DNA of 64,000 bases from Bryobacterales bacterium (GTDB taxonomy: Bacteria; Acidobacteriota; Terriglobia; Bryobacterales; UBA6623). The notes under the pieces were generated by a model that searched no databases, was not told the DNA's origin, and was given only the letters and a program-made list of their open reading frames with translations. Where the stretch lies: assembly GCA_965222095.1 (NCBI GenBank), contig CBDCTD010000001.1, forward strand, positions 471,390 to 535,389, given 5' to 3'. Position numbers and translations under genes: made by a program. Shown here in pieces: positions 1 through 9,301 of this stretch (position 1 is its first letter; every line of letters begins with the position of its first letter).

Positions 1-3000
1 CCGGTCGAGGTACAGGTAGCCCTAGAGCGCCTGGCTCCGCCGCTGACCCGCCCGAAGGCCGGCCTGGAAGGCATTGCGCTCGAATACGGGCTGGTGCGGG
101 AGCAGATTGAAAGCGTGCCGGTACTGATTGGTTCGGAAGGCCGTACAGCGGTGGACAAGCTCCTGCTGCTGGTCCCCGGCATGAGCCCCGTGGATTCGCT
201 GGAAGTCGGACCGCTCTCGGGTCAGGCCGCGGCCGCATCCGCCAACGGCTCCCGACGCTCAGCCATTAATTACGAGCTCGATGGCGCCTCCAACAACGCG
301 CAAAATCGAATCACGGGAGCTCAGGCGGCAACCTTCGGACCGACTCCGGAAGCTATCGATACATTTCGCGTGGTCACACATACCTACTCGGCTCGTGATG
401 GGCGCAACGCGGGCGCAGTGGTTTCGGCCGTCACTCGCAGCGGGGGCCCTGACTGGCATGGGGAGGCGCGGGCATTTTGGCGTCCCCGGGGCGACAACAT
501 TTTCGAGGCTTTCGACGGTTCGACCGACTCGATCAGGGGCACGGTCGGTGGAGGCAATTTCGGCGGCCCAATTTCACTCAAGCACGGCCTCTTCCTCTTC
601 GCCGACGGGGAGATTTGGCGAACCAATGCCCGCCATAGCCAGATTTCGCCGGTGTTGACAGCAGCTGAACGAGCGGGTGACTTCTCTGATCTATCACCCC
701 CACAACGTCCCCTCGATCCGACCGCCCGAACACCGTTTCCCAACGGCATCGTTCCGCTTTCCTCGTTCGACCCGCTCATGGAGAACTATCTCGACACGTT
801 CCTACCCCTGCCGAATGTCGGCGAAGATCTTCACCTGTCGGAAAGCGGCCTCGACAGTGGCGGAGAGATGTGGCTGGGGCGTCTCGATTTTAGGCGCAAG
901 GAGTGGGGAGTACACCTCAGCTATTTCAACTTTCGCGGTAAGGTTCGTAATCCGCTGGGAGGCTTGAATCTGGCGCCCGGCACCACTGCTAGCGTTCGCC
1001 AGTTCTCGCACAACCCGCAGCTCAGTCTCGCGCATACGCCGACGCCTCGGCTGACGCACAATCTCCGCGTAGCCACCCAGCGCCTGTCGACCAACTTCCG
1101 TCAGGGCCACGCCGACTTTCTCGATACCCCGGCCGAAGACTTTGGGTTCGACTTCCTCAGCTTTGGGGCGAATCCCGGCACGATTCCGGACCTGACGCTG
1201 TTGAACGACAACGGAAGCGAGCGGTTGCGCATCGCTCCCTTCCTCGCAGCGGAATCCTCGGCCCAGACGACGTTCCAAGTCGCCGAAGATGTCGTCTACC
1301 GCCGGGGAGGGTGGCTGTTGCGGGGGGGAGCGTTGTTTCAGCGCGGGATCTGGCCCTTTACCAATGTCGAAAACTCTGCCGGCAGTTTTGAATTCTCGCG
1401 TCCGGGGTTCTTCGGGACGCTCAACGGCGCCGCGAACATGCTGGTCGGCGTGCCGAGCACCTACCGGGTACGCACGCCCCGCAGCCTCAACCTCCGCTGG
1501 AATGAGTTCGCTTTCTACGGCGAGACCGAGCTGCGCCCCATGCGGGGCCTACAGGTGACCTTGGGATTGCGGTTCGAATCCCAACCTCCGGCGGTGGACC
1601 GCTTGGATCGAATCGCAGCTTTTCGCGAAGACGTCGAAAGCCAGCGCTTTACCGATACCCTGCCCAATCTGATCTTCCCGGGTGACCCGGACGGCGACTT
1701 CGGCCTGCTGCCCCGCTCCACGATCCGTACCGACGGACGGCACCTCTCACCCCGCCTGGGTGTGACATTTTCGCCGACCTGGGAGAACAAGCTGTCACGA
1801 TGGATTCTCGGGGAATCGGGACGGTCGGTGTTCCGTGCCTCCTACGGTGTGTTCCACGATTTCGGCACCTTCGCCGGTTCCAGCGCGGCCGCTCTGCTTC
1901 AAGCCACCTATCCCCCCTATAGCACCGACGATCGGTACGATTTCTCGCGAATCGCGCAGCAGCCGGGAAGTTTCAGTGCCCCACTTTCCGGTGTGCCGGC
2001 GACAGAACCTGATTCGATCCGCAGTTCCGTAATCAGCTATCCGATCTTGGTTTTCGATCCCGATTTCGAGAACGCTAGGGCTGAGCACTGGACGATCGGC
2101 TGGCAGCGTCTTTTGCCCCAGCGAATTTTCTTCAGTGCCATCTACCTGGGCACACGCACGTCGAACCTGCAGCGTCAGCAAGAGTTGAACACGTTTCTGC
2201 GCAACCCGGCATTCGGATTCACCTTCATTCGGAACATGCGGCGCTTTCCCCGCTATAGTGAGGTCCGGTCGTTCGAAAGCTCCGGCCGCGGCCGCTACGA
2301 TGGTGTCCAACTACGCGCGACACGCTATCTGACCAGCGACCTAGCTTTCGAAGTGGCGTACACGTGGTCTGAGGCGTTCGATGACGGCAGCGACTCTTTG
2401 CGAAATACGTTGGCGACCGAACCGTGGGGTTTTTCCGACTTCGACCGCACCCATTCCGTCACGGCTTCGTGGTTTTATCGCGTCCGATTGCCGCGGAAAC
2501 TTCAGGGCAGGCTAAGCTGGGCGGATGACTGGCGCGTTAGCGGCACTTGGCGGTTGCGATCCGGCCTGCCTCTCGACATCCGCCAGACTCAGGATCCGAC
2601 CTTCAGTTTCGTGCGTGTGGGGCGTCCGGACCAAGTGGGTGCATTCCGGCGGCTGGATCCTAGCGCCGTCCGCAGCTTCACGTTCGCCGACGGGCGCACG
2701 GTGACCGGCCGGTTCGCCTTCGATCCCACGGCGTTCGAGCCCGTCGTGCCGACGAACTTCAACGAGCTTCGGGAGGGCACCACGCCCCGCAACGCCTTCC
2801 GCATGCACGGCTTTCAGCAGTGGGACCTCCGCGTATCCAAGGTCGTCGCCGTCAGCGAAACGACTTCGATCGACGCGGGCTTCGACATGCTCAACGTGTT
2901 CAACAACAAAAACTGGGACGCTCCGTTCTCGAACATCGACCACCCCTATTTCGGAATCGTCCGCACAGAAGGGCTGGATCGCACTTTCCAATTGGCCGTG

Positions 3001-3015
3001 CGGTTTCGGTTTTAA
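1..3015 (+). CDS. TonB-dependent outer-membrane receptor (5' end runs off the window)
   Basis: Frame 1 is open from base 1, with no stop before the first listed Met at 94. The protein is long and beta-rich, with a Gly/Asn/Arg/Phe-rich composition. The C-terminus ...LAVRFRF ends in Phe, as in OM beta-barrels. Confidence 0.75.
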   Translation, partial: PVEVQVALERLAPPLTRPKAGLEGIALEYGLVREQIESVPVLIGSEGRTAVDKLLLLVPGMSPVDSLEVGPLSGQAAAASANGSRRSAINYELDGASNNAQNRITGAQAATFGPTPEAIDTFRVVTHTYSARDGRNAGAVVSAVTRSGGPDWHGEARAFWRPRGDNIFEAFDGSTDSIRGTVGGGNFGGPISLKHGLFLFADGEIWRTNARHSQISPVLTAAERAGDFSDLSPPQRPLDPTARTPFPNGIVPLSSFDPLMENYLDTFLPLPNVGEDLHLSESGLDSGGEMWLGRLDFRRKEWGVHLSYFNFRGKVRNPLGGLNLAPGTTASVRQFSHNPQLSLAHTPTPRLTHNLRVATQRLSTNFRQGHADFLDTPAEDFGFDFLSFGANPGTIPDLTLLNDNGSERLRIAPFLAAESSAQTTFQVAEDVVYRRGGWLLRGGALFQRGIWPFTNVENSAGSFEFSRPGFFGTLNGAANMLVGVPSTYRVRTPRSLNLRWNEFAFYGETELRPMRGLQVTLGLRFESQPPAVDRLDRIAAFREDVESQRFTDTLPNLIFPGDPDGDFGLLPRSTIRTDGRHLSPRLGVTFSPTWENKLSRWILGESGRSVFRASYGVFHDFGTFAGSSAAALLQATYPPYSTDDRYDFSRIAQQPGSFSAPLSGVPATEPDSIRSSVISYPILVFDPDFENARAEHWTIGWQRLLPQRIFFSAIYLGTRTSNLQRQQELNTFLRNPAFGFTFIRNMRRFPRYSEVRSFESSGRGRYDGVQLRATRYLTSDLAFEVAYTWSEAFDDGSDSLRNTLATEPWGFSDFDRTHSVTASWFYRVRLPRKLQGRLSWADDWRVSGTWRLRSGLPLDIRQTQDPTFSFVRVGRPDQVGAFRRLDPSAVRSFTFADGRTVTGRFAFDPTAFEPVVPTNFNELREGTTPRNAFRMHGFQQWDLRVSKVVAVSETTSIDAGFDMLNVFNNKNWDAPFSNIDHPYFGIVRTEGLDRTFQLAVRFRF

Positions 3016-3125
3016 CTTGGAACCCTTCGAGACGAGCCGCTGCGTGCCTTTGGTCAAAAAGTGCTTGTATTCAGGATAAGAGAGGCAGTAGCATATCTAG
3101 CGCAGGTTAAAAGGGGGAGCTTTCC

Positions 3126-4916
3126 ATGGCAGTCCAACCAATAGATTTGCGTCAGACGGCAGTCGGCTTGGTCTTCTTGGCAGCCATTGGGGTTGTTCTA
3201 TATCTCATGGTGGCAGCCCTCATGCAGGGCGCGACCCAAATCGGTAGTCAGCTTTTGGGGTGGGCTTTCACGCCCCCACCGGGATCAGCGCTATCATTGT
3301 CGGCACATTTCGAGCCGGTCGATCCAGCATCAGAACCGCGAGAGGCGCTCAAGGTCATCGGATCCGCTCAACAGTCAGGGAAGGCCATCAAGAGTGGAAC
3401 GGTTCAGCTCTTGGTGCGAAAGCTCAACAGTGGCTTTCGCCAAAGCCATCAGATCGACATTGGCGCGCGGACGCTCCCCGAGAACGAAGGGCAACGCGAA
3501 GGCTCGGGAGAAGCAACGAATCCCGAACAAAACGTACTGTCCGCCGATGAAACACGCAGGACGACGCCAGCTGGGAGGTTCGAAGTATTTGACTTGCCAA
3601 GCTGGCGCACACTCCGCAGGGGCGATTCAATCCACATCGAAGCCACCATGTGGTCTGAAGAGCTCAAGGACAGCGGCATCGTCTCCGCGGAAACCTATCT
3701 AGGTGTTCGCACTCCTGGCGTGCCCCAAGAGACACGCAAGCTCATAATCGTCAGCTTTTGCGTCGCTTTACTGGTAGCAACGGCTGTCTTTCTGTGGACC
3801 TTCACGGGACCCAGCATCCCTCGCAAGCGCCGCTGGGCGGTTGTTCTTTCGTACGTCGGAATTCTCTTTTTCCTGGTCGTCCCTTTTGGGGCGTTGCAGA
3901 TGTTCCCGTATATATTTCCACGAATGAACGAAAGCATGAAGGACGCAGCCGTGGGCGTCCTTGTCGCAGAGATCCAGCTAGAAGATCAGACCACCCTGCC
4001 AGCCCAGTGGGTGCTCAACATTGGCGGTAAACCCAAGACTCAGATACAGGCCGGAACTCCACCGCCATCGGCTGAACGCACTGCCGACGAAGAAACCAGA
4101 TCAAGCGTTGTGACTTCGGTGTCCGGTCCTGACCAGGGCCTGCAGCCAAACGATTCGCAGCCAACATCGAACAGCGGCGATACCACTACCACCGAAAGCG
4201 GCAATCTAGTAATCGAAGGAGGCCTGGTGGTGCCCCTCTACTTCATCTTCCTGGCCTTGATCGGAGGTGTGGTGAACATGACAAGGGAAGTACCGCGGAT
4301 CCAAACCGCAGGTGCGCAGTTAGGAACCAGTCACGTTCTCACACGGCTGGAAAAACTCTACGGGCGGCTCTTCAGCCGCTCCGGGCAAGACCAACACGCA
4401 GCGAACCGAGACGCCAGCGGAAACGATTCTGAGAGCATCGCAGCGATTGATCGCTCCGCCCGACGCTGGCGAACAAGGCTGGTGGAACAGTATATGTTTG
4501 TAATCTCTGCACCCTTCGTTGCTGTCGCGGCATACTACCTAATGTTGTGGCTCGGCCTCACGAAGCTGCCTGCAATGGTACTCGTCGGTTTTTGTGCCGG
4601 TCTCATCTCAGACACGATCCTGGAGAAAATACGAGACGTAGCCAAGACTTTGCTGAACATACAGACCCCCCAAGACCGCACTAAGCAAATAGCTGCCATA
4701 AACATCGAGGCCGAAAAGACGGAAGCGCAGGCTCTCGATGACGAATGGGAGGCAGCCACCAAGACTGTGGAAGCAATGCGCTTGGAGTCTGCGGATGAGG
4801 CGAGCATCAAGAAAGAGGAGGCCAAGATCAGTCAACTAAAGGCTCAAGCAAAGAAGCTAAAGGCGCAAGCAAAGAAACTTGAGGCAGAGGCACTCAGAGA
4901 ATTGGCAATCGAATAA
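3126..4916 (+). CDS. hypothetical multi-pass membrane protein with Lys/Ala/Glu-rich C-terminal coiled coil
   Basis: 596-aa ORF with several hydrophobic helices (VGLVFLAAIGVVLYLMVAALM, LIIVSFCVALLVATAVFLW, VVPLYFIFLALIGGVV, FVAVAAYYLMLWLGL). The tail is repetitive: KAQAKKLKAQAKKLEAEA. No family recognised. Confidence 0.55.
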   Translation: MAVQPIDLRQTAVGLVFLAAIGVVLYLMVAALMQGATQIGSQLLGWAFTPPPGSALSLSAHFEPVDPASEPREALKVIGSAQQSGKAIKSGTVQLLVRKLNSGFRQSHQIDIGARTLPENEGQREGSGEATNPEQNVLSADETRRTTPAGRFEVFDLPSWRTLRRGDSIHIEATMWSEELKDSGIVSAETYLGVRTPGVPQETRKLIIVSFCVALLVATAVFLWTFTGPSIPRKRRWAVVLSYVGILFFLVVPFGALQMFPYIFPRMNESMKDAAVGVLVAEIQLEDQTTLPAQWVLNIGGKPKTQIQAGTPPPSAERTADEETRSSVVTSVSGPDQGLQPNDSQPTSNSGDTTTTESGNLVIEGGLVVPLYFIFLALIGGVVNMTREVPRIQTAGAQLGTSHVLTRLEKLYGRLFSRSGQDQHAANRDASGNDSESIAAIDRSARRWRTRLVEQYMFVISAPFVAVAAYYLMLWLGLTKLPAMVLVGFCAGLISDTILEKIRDVAKTLLNIQTPQDRTKQIAAINIEAEKTEAQALDDEWEAATKTVEAMRLESADEASIKKEEAKISQLKAQAKKLKAQAKKLEAEALRELAIE

Positions 4917-5184
4917 CTCGCGTCCCAGGATAAGACTCAACTGCTGACAGCAGAAGAACGGCACCTGACATGTCGCGGCCCTATTTGGCGACAGTCCACA
5001 AGCCTCAACTGAAGCTGACGGATACCTCTGCGGGAGATTGTCCGCGACACTGAATCGACCTATTGCATCTCCCCGAAGGTAGCGGAGCCTTGGTCTAGCC
5101 GCCGGAACTCCAGATAGCTGCAATCAACTCAGCAGCTCCTCTTCGATAAATCCGATTTTGTAACATGGCATGATCGTCTCAGCG

Positions 5185-5420
5185 CTAAAGGGCCGCGAGA
5201 CCACTCCGCCCATTCGTCAGCTTCAGGTAGATGTGGTAGTTGGGCAGGCTGATGAGATCATTGGCCGAAAGCTCGGGTGGAACTCCTTTTCGAGGATTTC
5301 GGTTAACAACCCTCGACCTCGCTGCCGTCACCGACCCGTCTAAGGTAGAATGCCTTGCTACGGAGTTCGCGCCTAGAGTCGTTGGGACCCTTCTGCGGCC
5401 AATCGACAAACCCCTGGGAG
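5185..5420 (-). pseudogene. possible remnant of a TraD/VirD4-like (T4SS coupling protein) C-terminus
   Basis: Across two minus-strand frames the sequence reads LLTEILEKEFHPSF then SANDLISLPNYHIYLKLTNGRSG-stop. From memory this resembles the C-terminal end of T4SS DNA-binding/coupling proteins. Only about 70 codons remain, they are frameshifted, and no ATPase part is present. Confidence 0.3.
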
Positions 5421-5426
5421 AAGCTC

Positions 5427-6242
5427 ATGATCCGAAAGAAAGTAGTGAATCAGCTCAGTCAGCTCTCATCGCTTCTGTCCCGTTGCTTGCCTGCGTTCGG
5501 TTTGCTGCTGACGGGAGCGCTTGGCCCCTTGTTGGCCGAAGACACTCGCGACCCCAAGGCCGTCGAGATCGCCCACTCCGTCAGGGAAGCCATGGGCGGG
5601 TCGGGCGCTTGGGACGCCGTTCAGTTCCTCCGCTTCGATTTCAAGGTCAACGTCGGTGGCGAGATGCGCGTCGACCGCTCCCATTTGTGGGACAAATGGT
5701 CGGGGCGTTACCGCTACGAGAACAAGACCAAAGAGGGGAAGCAGCAAGTGGCGCTCTTCAACGTGAAGGATCGCCAGGGAGCAGTGTACGAAGATGGTGA
5801 AAAGCTTGCTGACGAGGCGGCTGCCGAGCCATTGAAAAACGCCTATGCCGCGTTCATCAATGACATGTATTGGCTTGCGATGCCCTGGAAATGGCTGAAC
5901 GGCGGAGTCAACCTCGAGTATCTAGGCCCCAAGGAGCACGACGGGAAGACATATGAAGTCGTGCGACTCAGCTTCAACAATGTCGGTTTGACTCCCGGCG
6001 ACCAGTACCGCGCCTTCGTCTCGCCAGAGTCGAACCTCATGACCTACTGGGAGTACACCCTGCAGAGCAACAACGAGGGTGCCTGGAACTGGGAGTACGG
6101 TGACTACTCAGGAGTCAAACTCGCCGCCAATCACACCAACGCGGAAGGTGTGTCGATCAACATGGGCGATGTCGCCGTCCTGGAAGCCGTTGACGATGCG
6201 TTTTTCACGGACGCAGCCCGCATGATAGCCGAGCTTCCATAG
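5427..6242 (+). CDS. secreted hypothetical protein
   Basis: Listed ORF is 5355-6242. The internal Met at 5427 gives MIRKKVVNQLSQLSSLLSRCLPAFGLLLTGALGPLLA, a signal-peptide-like N-terminus. No family recognised. Confidence 0.6.
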   Translation: MIRKKVVNQLSQLSSLLSRCLPAFGLLLTGALGPLLAEDTRDPKAVEIAHSVREAMGGSGAWDAVQFLRFDFKVNVGGEMRVDRSHLWDKWSGRYRYENKTKEGKQQVALFNVKDRQGAVYEDGEKLADEAAAEPLKNAYAAFINDMYWLAMPWKWLNGGVNLEYLGPKEHDGKTYEVVRLSFNNVGLTPGDQYRAFVSPESNLMTYWEYTLQSNNEGAWNWEYGDYSGVKLAANHTNAEGVSINMGDVAVLEAVDDAFFTDAARMIAELP

Positions 6243-6284
6243 GGTTTGGGGAGAATCGCGAACGTCGGACCTCTGGGGCGAGGA

Positions 6285-6404
6285 GCCTGCGGTGAAAGTC
6301 CTTCATTGCAAAAAATGGTACAGTCACCGATTTTCGTCCTCTAGGCCGTACTGGAAACAAAGCAGTTGCAGAAGCGAAAATCGGATGACAGTCCCTATTT
6401 TTGC
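6285..6404. repeat. palindromic intergenic element, copy A (PAL family)
   Basis: Left arm is GCAAAAAATGGTACAGTCACCGATTTTCG and right arm is CGAAAATCGGATGACAGTCCCTATTTTTGC; they are imperfect inverted repeats around a ~38-nt centre. Shares the GGTGAAAGT lead-in with copy D. Confidence 0.8.
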
Positions 6405-6535
6405 CGAACGTAGCTTCTACTACGGGCTGCTAGGAGTTTGCTAGCGCAGACAACCCTGGCTGTGGAACTCGACCCGCAAGTCCCGAACGGATTCATTCCG
6501 CTAGCGGCTGGCCGCCCCCTCAATCCGATGATCCC

Positions 6536-7351
6536 ATGAAGGGCGACCCCGATTCGACTCACCAGGCCCCCTCACTGGTCGATTTCCGCAACGTAACCGT
6601 CATCCGTAACGGGAACAAAGCTCTCGACTCGATTACGCTGTCCATTCCCCTCGGGCAGCACGTTGCCATCCTCGGCCCCAATGGGTCGGGCAAGTCGTCG
6701 CTGATCAAAACCATCACCCGCGAGTGCCATCCGCTCGAGACATCCGACGATTCTCGGCTTACGGTCCTCGGCAAGAGGCAGTGGAACATCTTTGAACTTC
6801 GTCCGCAGCTGGGGATCGTCTCACCGGACTGGACGAAGGTTTGCGACCGCGACATTTCAGCCCGGGAAGCGATTCTTACCGGCTTTTTCGGCAGCGCTGA
6901 GATGTGGCCGAATCTTCGGGCGACCGCTGAAATGGAGAGCAAGACGGAGCAGGTACTCGGGCGGTTGGAAATCGCTCATCTCTCGAAACGCCGGGTGTCC
7001 GAGATGTCTTCCGGGGAGGCCCGCCGCGTTCTCATCGCCCGAGGGTTAGTCCATGACCCACGGGCGCTGATCCTCGACGAGCCCGCCACAAGCCTAGACC
7101 TGAGGGCGAGACGCGAACTACGAGAAACTCTGCGGAAGATCGCCCGGTCCGGCACCGGCGTTATTCTCGTCACTCATGACCCGGCAGATATCTTCCCGGA
7201 GATCAACCGAGTCGTTCTGCTGAAAGACGGGAGGGTCCTCGAAGACGGCCGCAAAGAAGATATCCTCGCGTCCGCTCATCTATCGAGATTGTTTGGCATA
7301 CCGGTCGAGCTCGTGGAGAGAAACGGATACTATCACTTGATCGACAGCTAA
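6536..7351 (+). CDS. ABC transporter ATP-binding protein (no permease gene adjacent)
   Basis: Walker A GPNGSGKSS, ABC signature SSGEARR and Walker B LILDEP are present. Confidence 0.85.
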   Translation: MKGDPDSTHQAPSLVDFRNVTVIRNGNKALDSITLSIPLGQHVAILGPNGSGKSSLIKTITRECHPLETSDDSRLTVLGKRQWNIFELRPQLGIVSPDWTKVCDRDISAREAILTGFFGSAEMWPNLRATAEMESKTEQVLGRLEIAHLSKRRVSEMSSGEARRVLIARGLVHDPRALILDEPATSLDLRARRELRETLRKIARSGTGVILVTHDPADIFPEINRVVLLKDGRVLEDGRKEDILASAHLSRLFGIPVELVERNGYYHLIDS

Positions 7352-7485
7352 CGCGCTTCGCTGTCTTCATCCAGAGACAAAAACGGAGCGGCAAGGATGT
7401 TTGCGTTTGCCGCCGGATCTGGTAGAGTGTTAGGCCTTGCGGGTAGCAAGATAGCAACAGCAATACAGACAGGAGAGGGAGAAAC

Positions 7486-8139
7486 ATGAGCGCAAGAATT
7501 TTCGTCGCAGAGTTGATTGGAACGTTTTCTTTGGTCCTTATTGGTCCGGGGTCAGCAGCGATTGGCGGCAGTTTGATAGCGGTAGCTTTTGCACACGGCC
7601 TGATCGTATTGAGTTTCGCCTATGCTTACGGCTACATCTCGGGAACCCACATCAATCCGGCTGTAAGCATCGGCTTGTGGGTCGGCCGGCAGATCAGTTT
7701 CGGGACCATGGCGGGTTATATCGTCGCCCAGGTCATCGGCGGGATACTGGGGGGGTGCACACTGTTGTTTTTGCTCAGTGGCATGGACAGCGCGAGCGGG
7801 TTGGGGGCGACCGTCCCGGCTGCGGGCGTATCCGACGGACAGGCATTCCTGCTCGAGGTGTTATTAACGTTCCTGCTCGTCAACGTCATCTTCCACACGG
7901 CGGTGAGCGGGAAAGGCGGGAACCTGGCGCCGGTTGCTATCGGCCTTACGCTCGTAGCCTGCATCTGCATGGGAGGCCCCCTGACAGGGGCTTCGTTGAA
8001 TCCTGCCCGCACGCTCGGCCCGGCTCTTTTCAGCAGCCTCCCAACCGCGATGTCGAGCCTCTGGATCTATTGCCTCGCGTGTCCGTTAGGAGGCATCCTG
8101 GCGGCCCTGGTATACGGTTTTTTGCGGGACAAGGAATAA
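7486..8139 (+). CDS. MIP-family channel (aquaporin/glycerol facilitator type)
   Basis: Six hydrophobic segments and two NPA boxes (HINPAVS and SLNPART). Confidence 0.9.
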   Translation: MSARIFVAELIGTFSLVLIGPGSAAIGGSLIAVAFAHGLIVLSFAYAYGYISGTHINPAVSIGLWVGRQISFGTMAGYIVAQVIGGILGGCTLLFLLSGMDSASGLGATVPAAGVSDGQAFLLEVLLTFLLVNVIFHTAVSGKGGNLAPVAIGLTLVACICMGGPLTGASLNPARTLGPALFSSLPTAMSSLWIYCLACPLGGILAALVYGFLRDKE

Positions 8140-8161
8140 CCGCTAAGAGCGACATAAGAAC

Positions 8162-8187
8162 TGCGGCCTGGGTATAGCCAGGCCGCA
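8162..8187. terminator. GC-rich hairpin between convergent genes
   Basis: TGCGGCCTGG (8162-8171) pairs with CCAGGCCGCA (8178-8187) around a 6-nt loop. It lies between the aquaporin stop (8139) and the truA stop (8229). No clear U-tract. Confidence 0.45.
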
Positions 8188-8228
8188 TGACGCGAGCAGG
8201 CGCGTCGCGCGTGTTAGGTTCAGCCTAC

Positions 8229-8978
8229 TCACGTCGCGGCCGGGAACTCCACCTCTACCAGAAACAGCCCCCTCGCAGGCACGGTTGGTCCCGCCTGGGA
8301 ACGTTGTTTCGCCGCCAAGATGCGGTCGATGTCATCGGCTGCTAAGTTGCCGCGTCCCACTTCCAACAGTGTGCCGACGATGTTACGCACCATGCGATAG
8401 AGAAAACCGTTGCCGCGGACGCGATAGGTCAGAAGTTCGCCGTTCTTTTCCAGCACCGACAGAAAGATCGTCCGGACGGTCGACTCTTTCTCTTCTCCAC
8501 TGGCGGCCGCTAGTGAGCGGAAGTCGCGGGTCCCGGCAAACGCGTCTGCTGCTTCCGCCATCGCCTCTTCGTTAAGCGGGTAGGGATGGTGGTAGACGTA
8601 TCGGCTCGAAAATGGCGGACAAACCTCCCCGCGCAGGATTCGATACTCATATGTTTTCGAGACTGCGCGCCGCCGGGGGTGAAAATCCGCGTCAACTTCC
8701 TCAGCCTCGAGCACGCGAATCGCATCCGGAAGCAAACGGTTCATCGCCTTGCGCAGATTATCGGCTGGGATCGCATTTTTGAAGTGGAACGACGCGACCT
8801 GCCCGAGCGCGTGAACACCGGCGTCTGTTCTTCCCGAACCGTGGACCTCGACTGTGGCGCCCTCGATCTCGGCAAGCACCTGCTGAAGCGCTCCCTGGAT
8901 CGTGGCCTGATTGGGTTGCACCTGCCAGCCGCGGAAATCTGTGCCGTCGTAGGCAAGCTTGATTCGGATGTTTCGCAC
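8229..8978 (-). CDS. truA: tRNA pseudouridine(38-40) synthase
   Basis: The N-terminus IKLAYDGTDFRGWQVQ and the catalytic GSGRTDAGVHA motif are characteristic of TruA. Confidence 0.9.
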   Translation of the reverse strand: MRNIRIKLAYDGTDFRGWQVQPNQATIQGALQQVLAEIEGATVEVHGSGRTDAGVHALGQVASFHFKNAIPADNLRKAMNRLLPDAIRVLEAEEVDADFHPRRRAVSKTYEYRILRGEVCPPFSSRYVYHHPYPLNEEAMAEAADAFAGTRDFRSLAAASGEEKESTVRTIFLSVLEKNGELLTYRVRGNGFLYRMVRNIVGTLLEVGRGNLAADDIDRILAAKQRSQAGPTVPARGLFLVEVEFPAAT

Positions 8979-9301
8979 GCGGATCCGGCGCCCTTAACGC
9001 TGTGCCGTTCTCTCGCCCCGTCCTATGCCCAATCGGCCATTGCCCAACTGGCTTGCCGCTCGTTGCCAACCCGAGCCAGTTTCAAACGTCTTACCTACTT
9101 GAAGGGCTCAAACCGCGATTGTTGACCGGTTTAAGGCAATGCTAGGATAACAAAAGACTTCCGCCACTAATGCCCGCACATCGCTGGCGGGACTTCCACC
9201 GACCACCTACCGCAATTTATTGCATGGGGAACCGAAGGTACGGGCGAGTCGTATGTGTCGGCGACTTTCCGGCTTCGGTGCCGCTACCTGGAGAACTGAA
9301 A

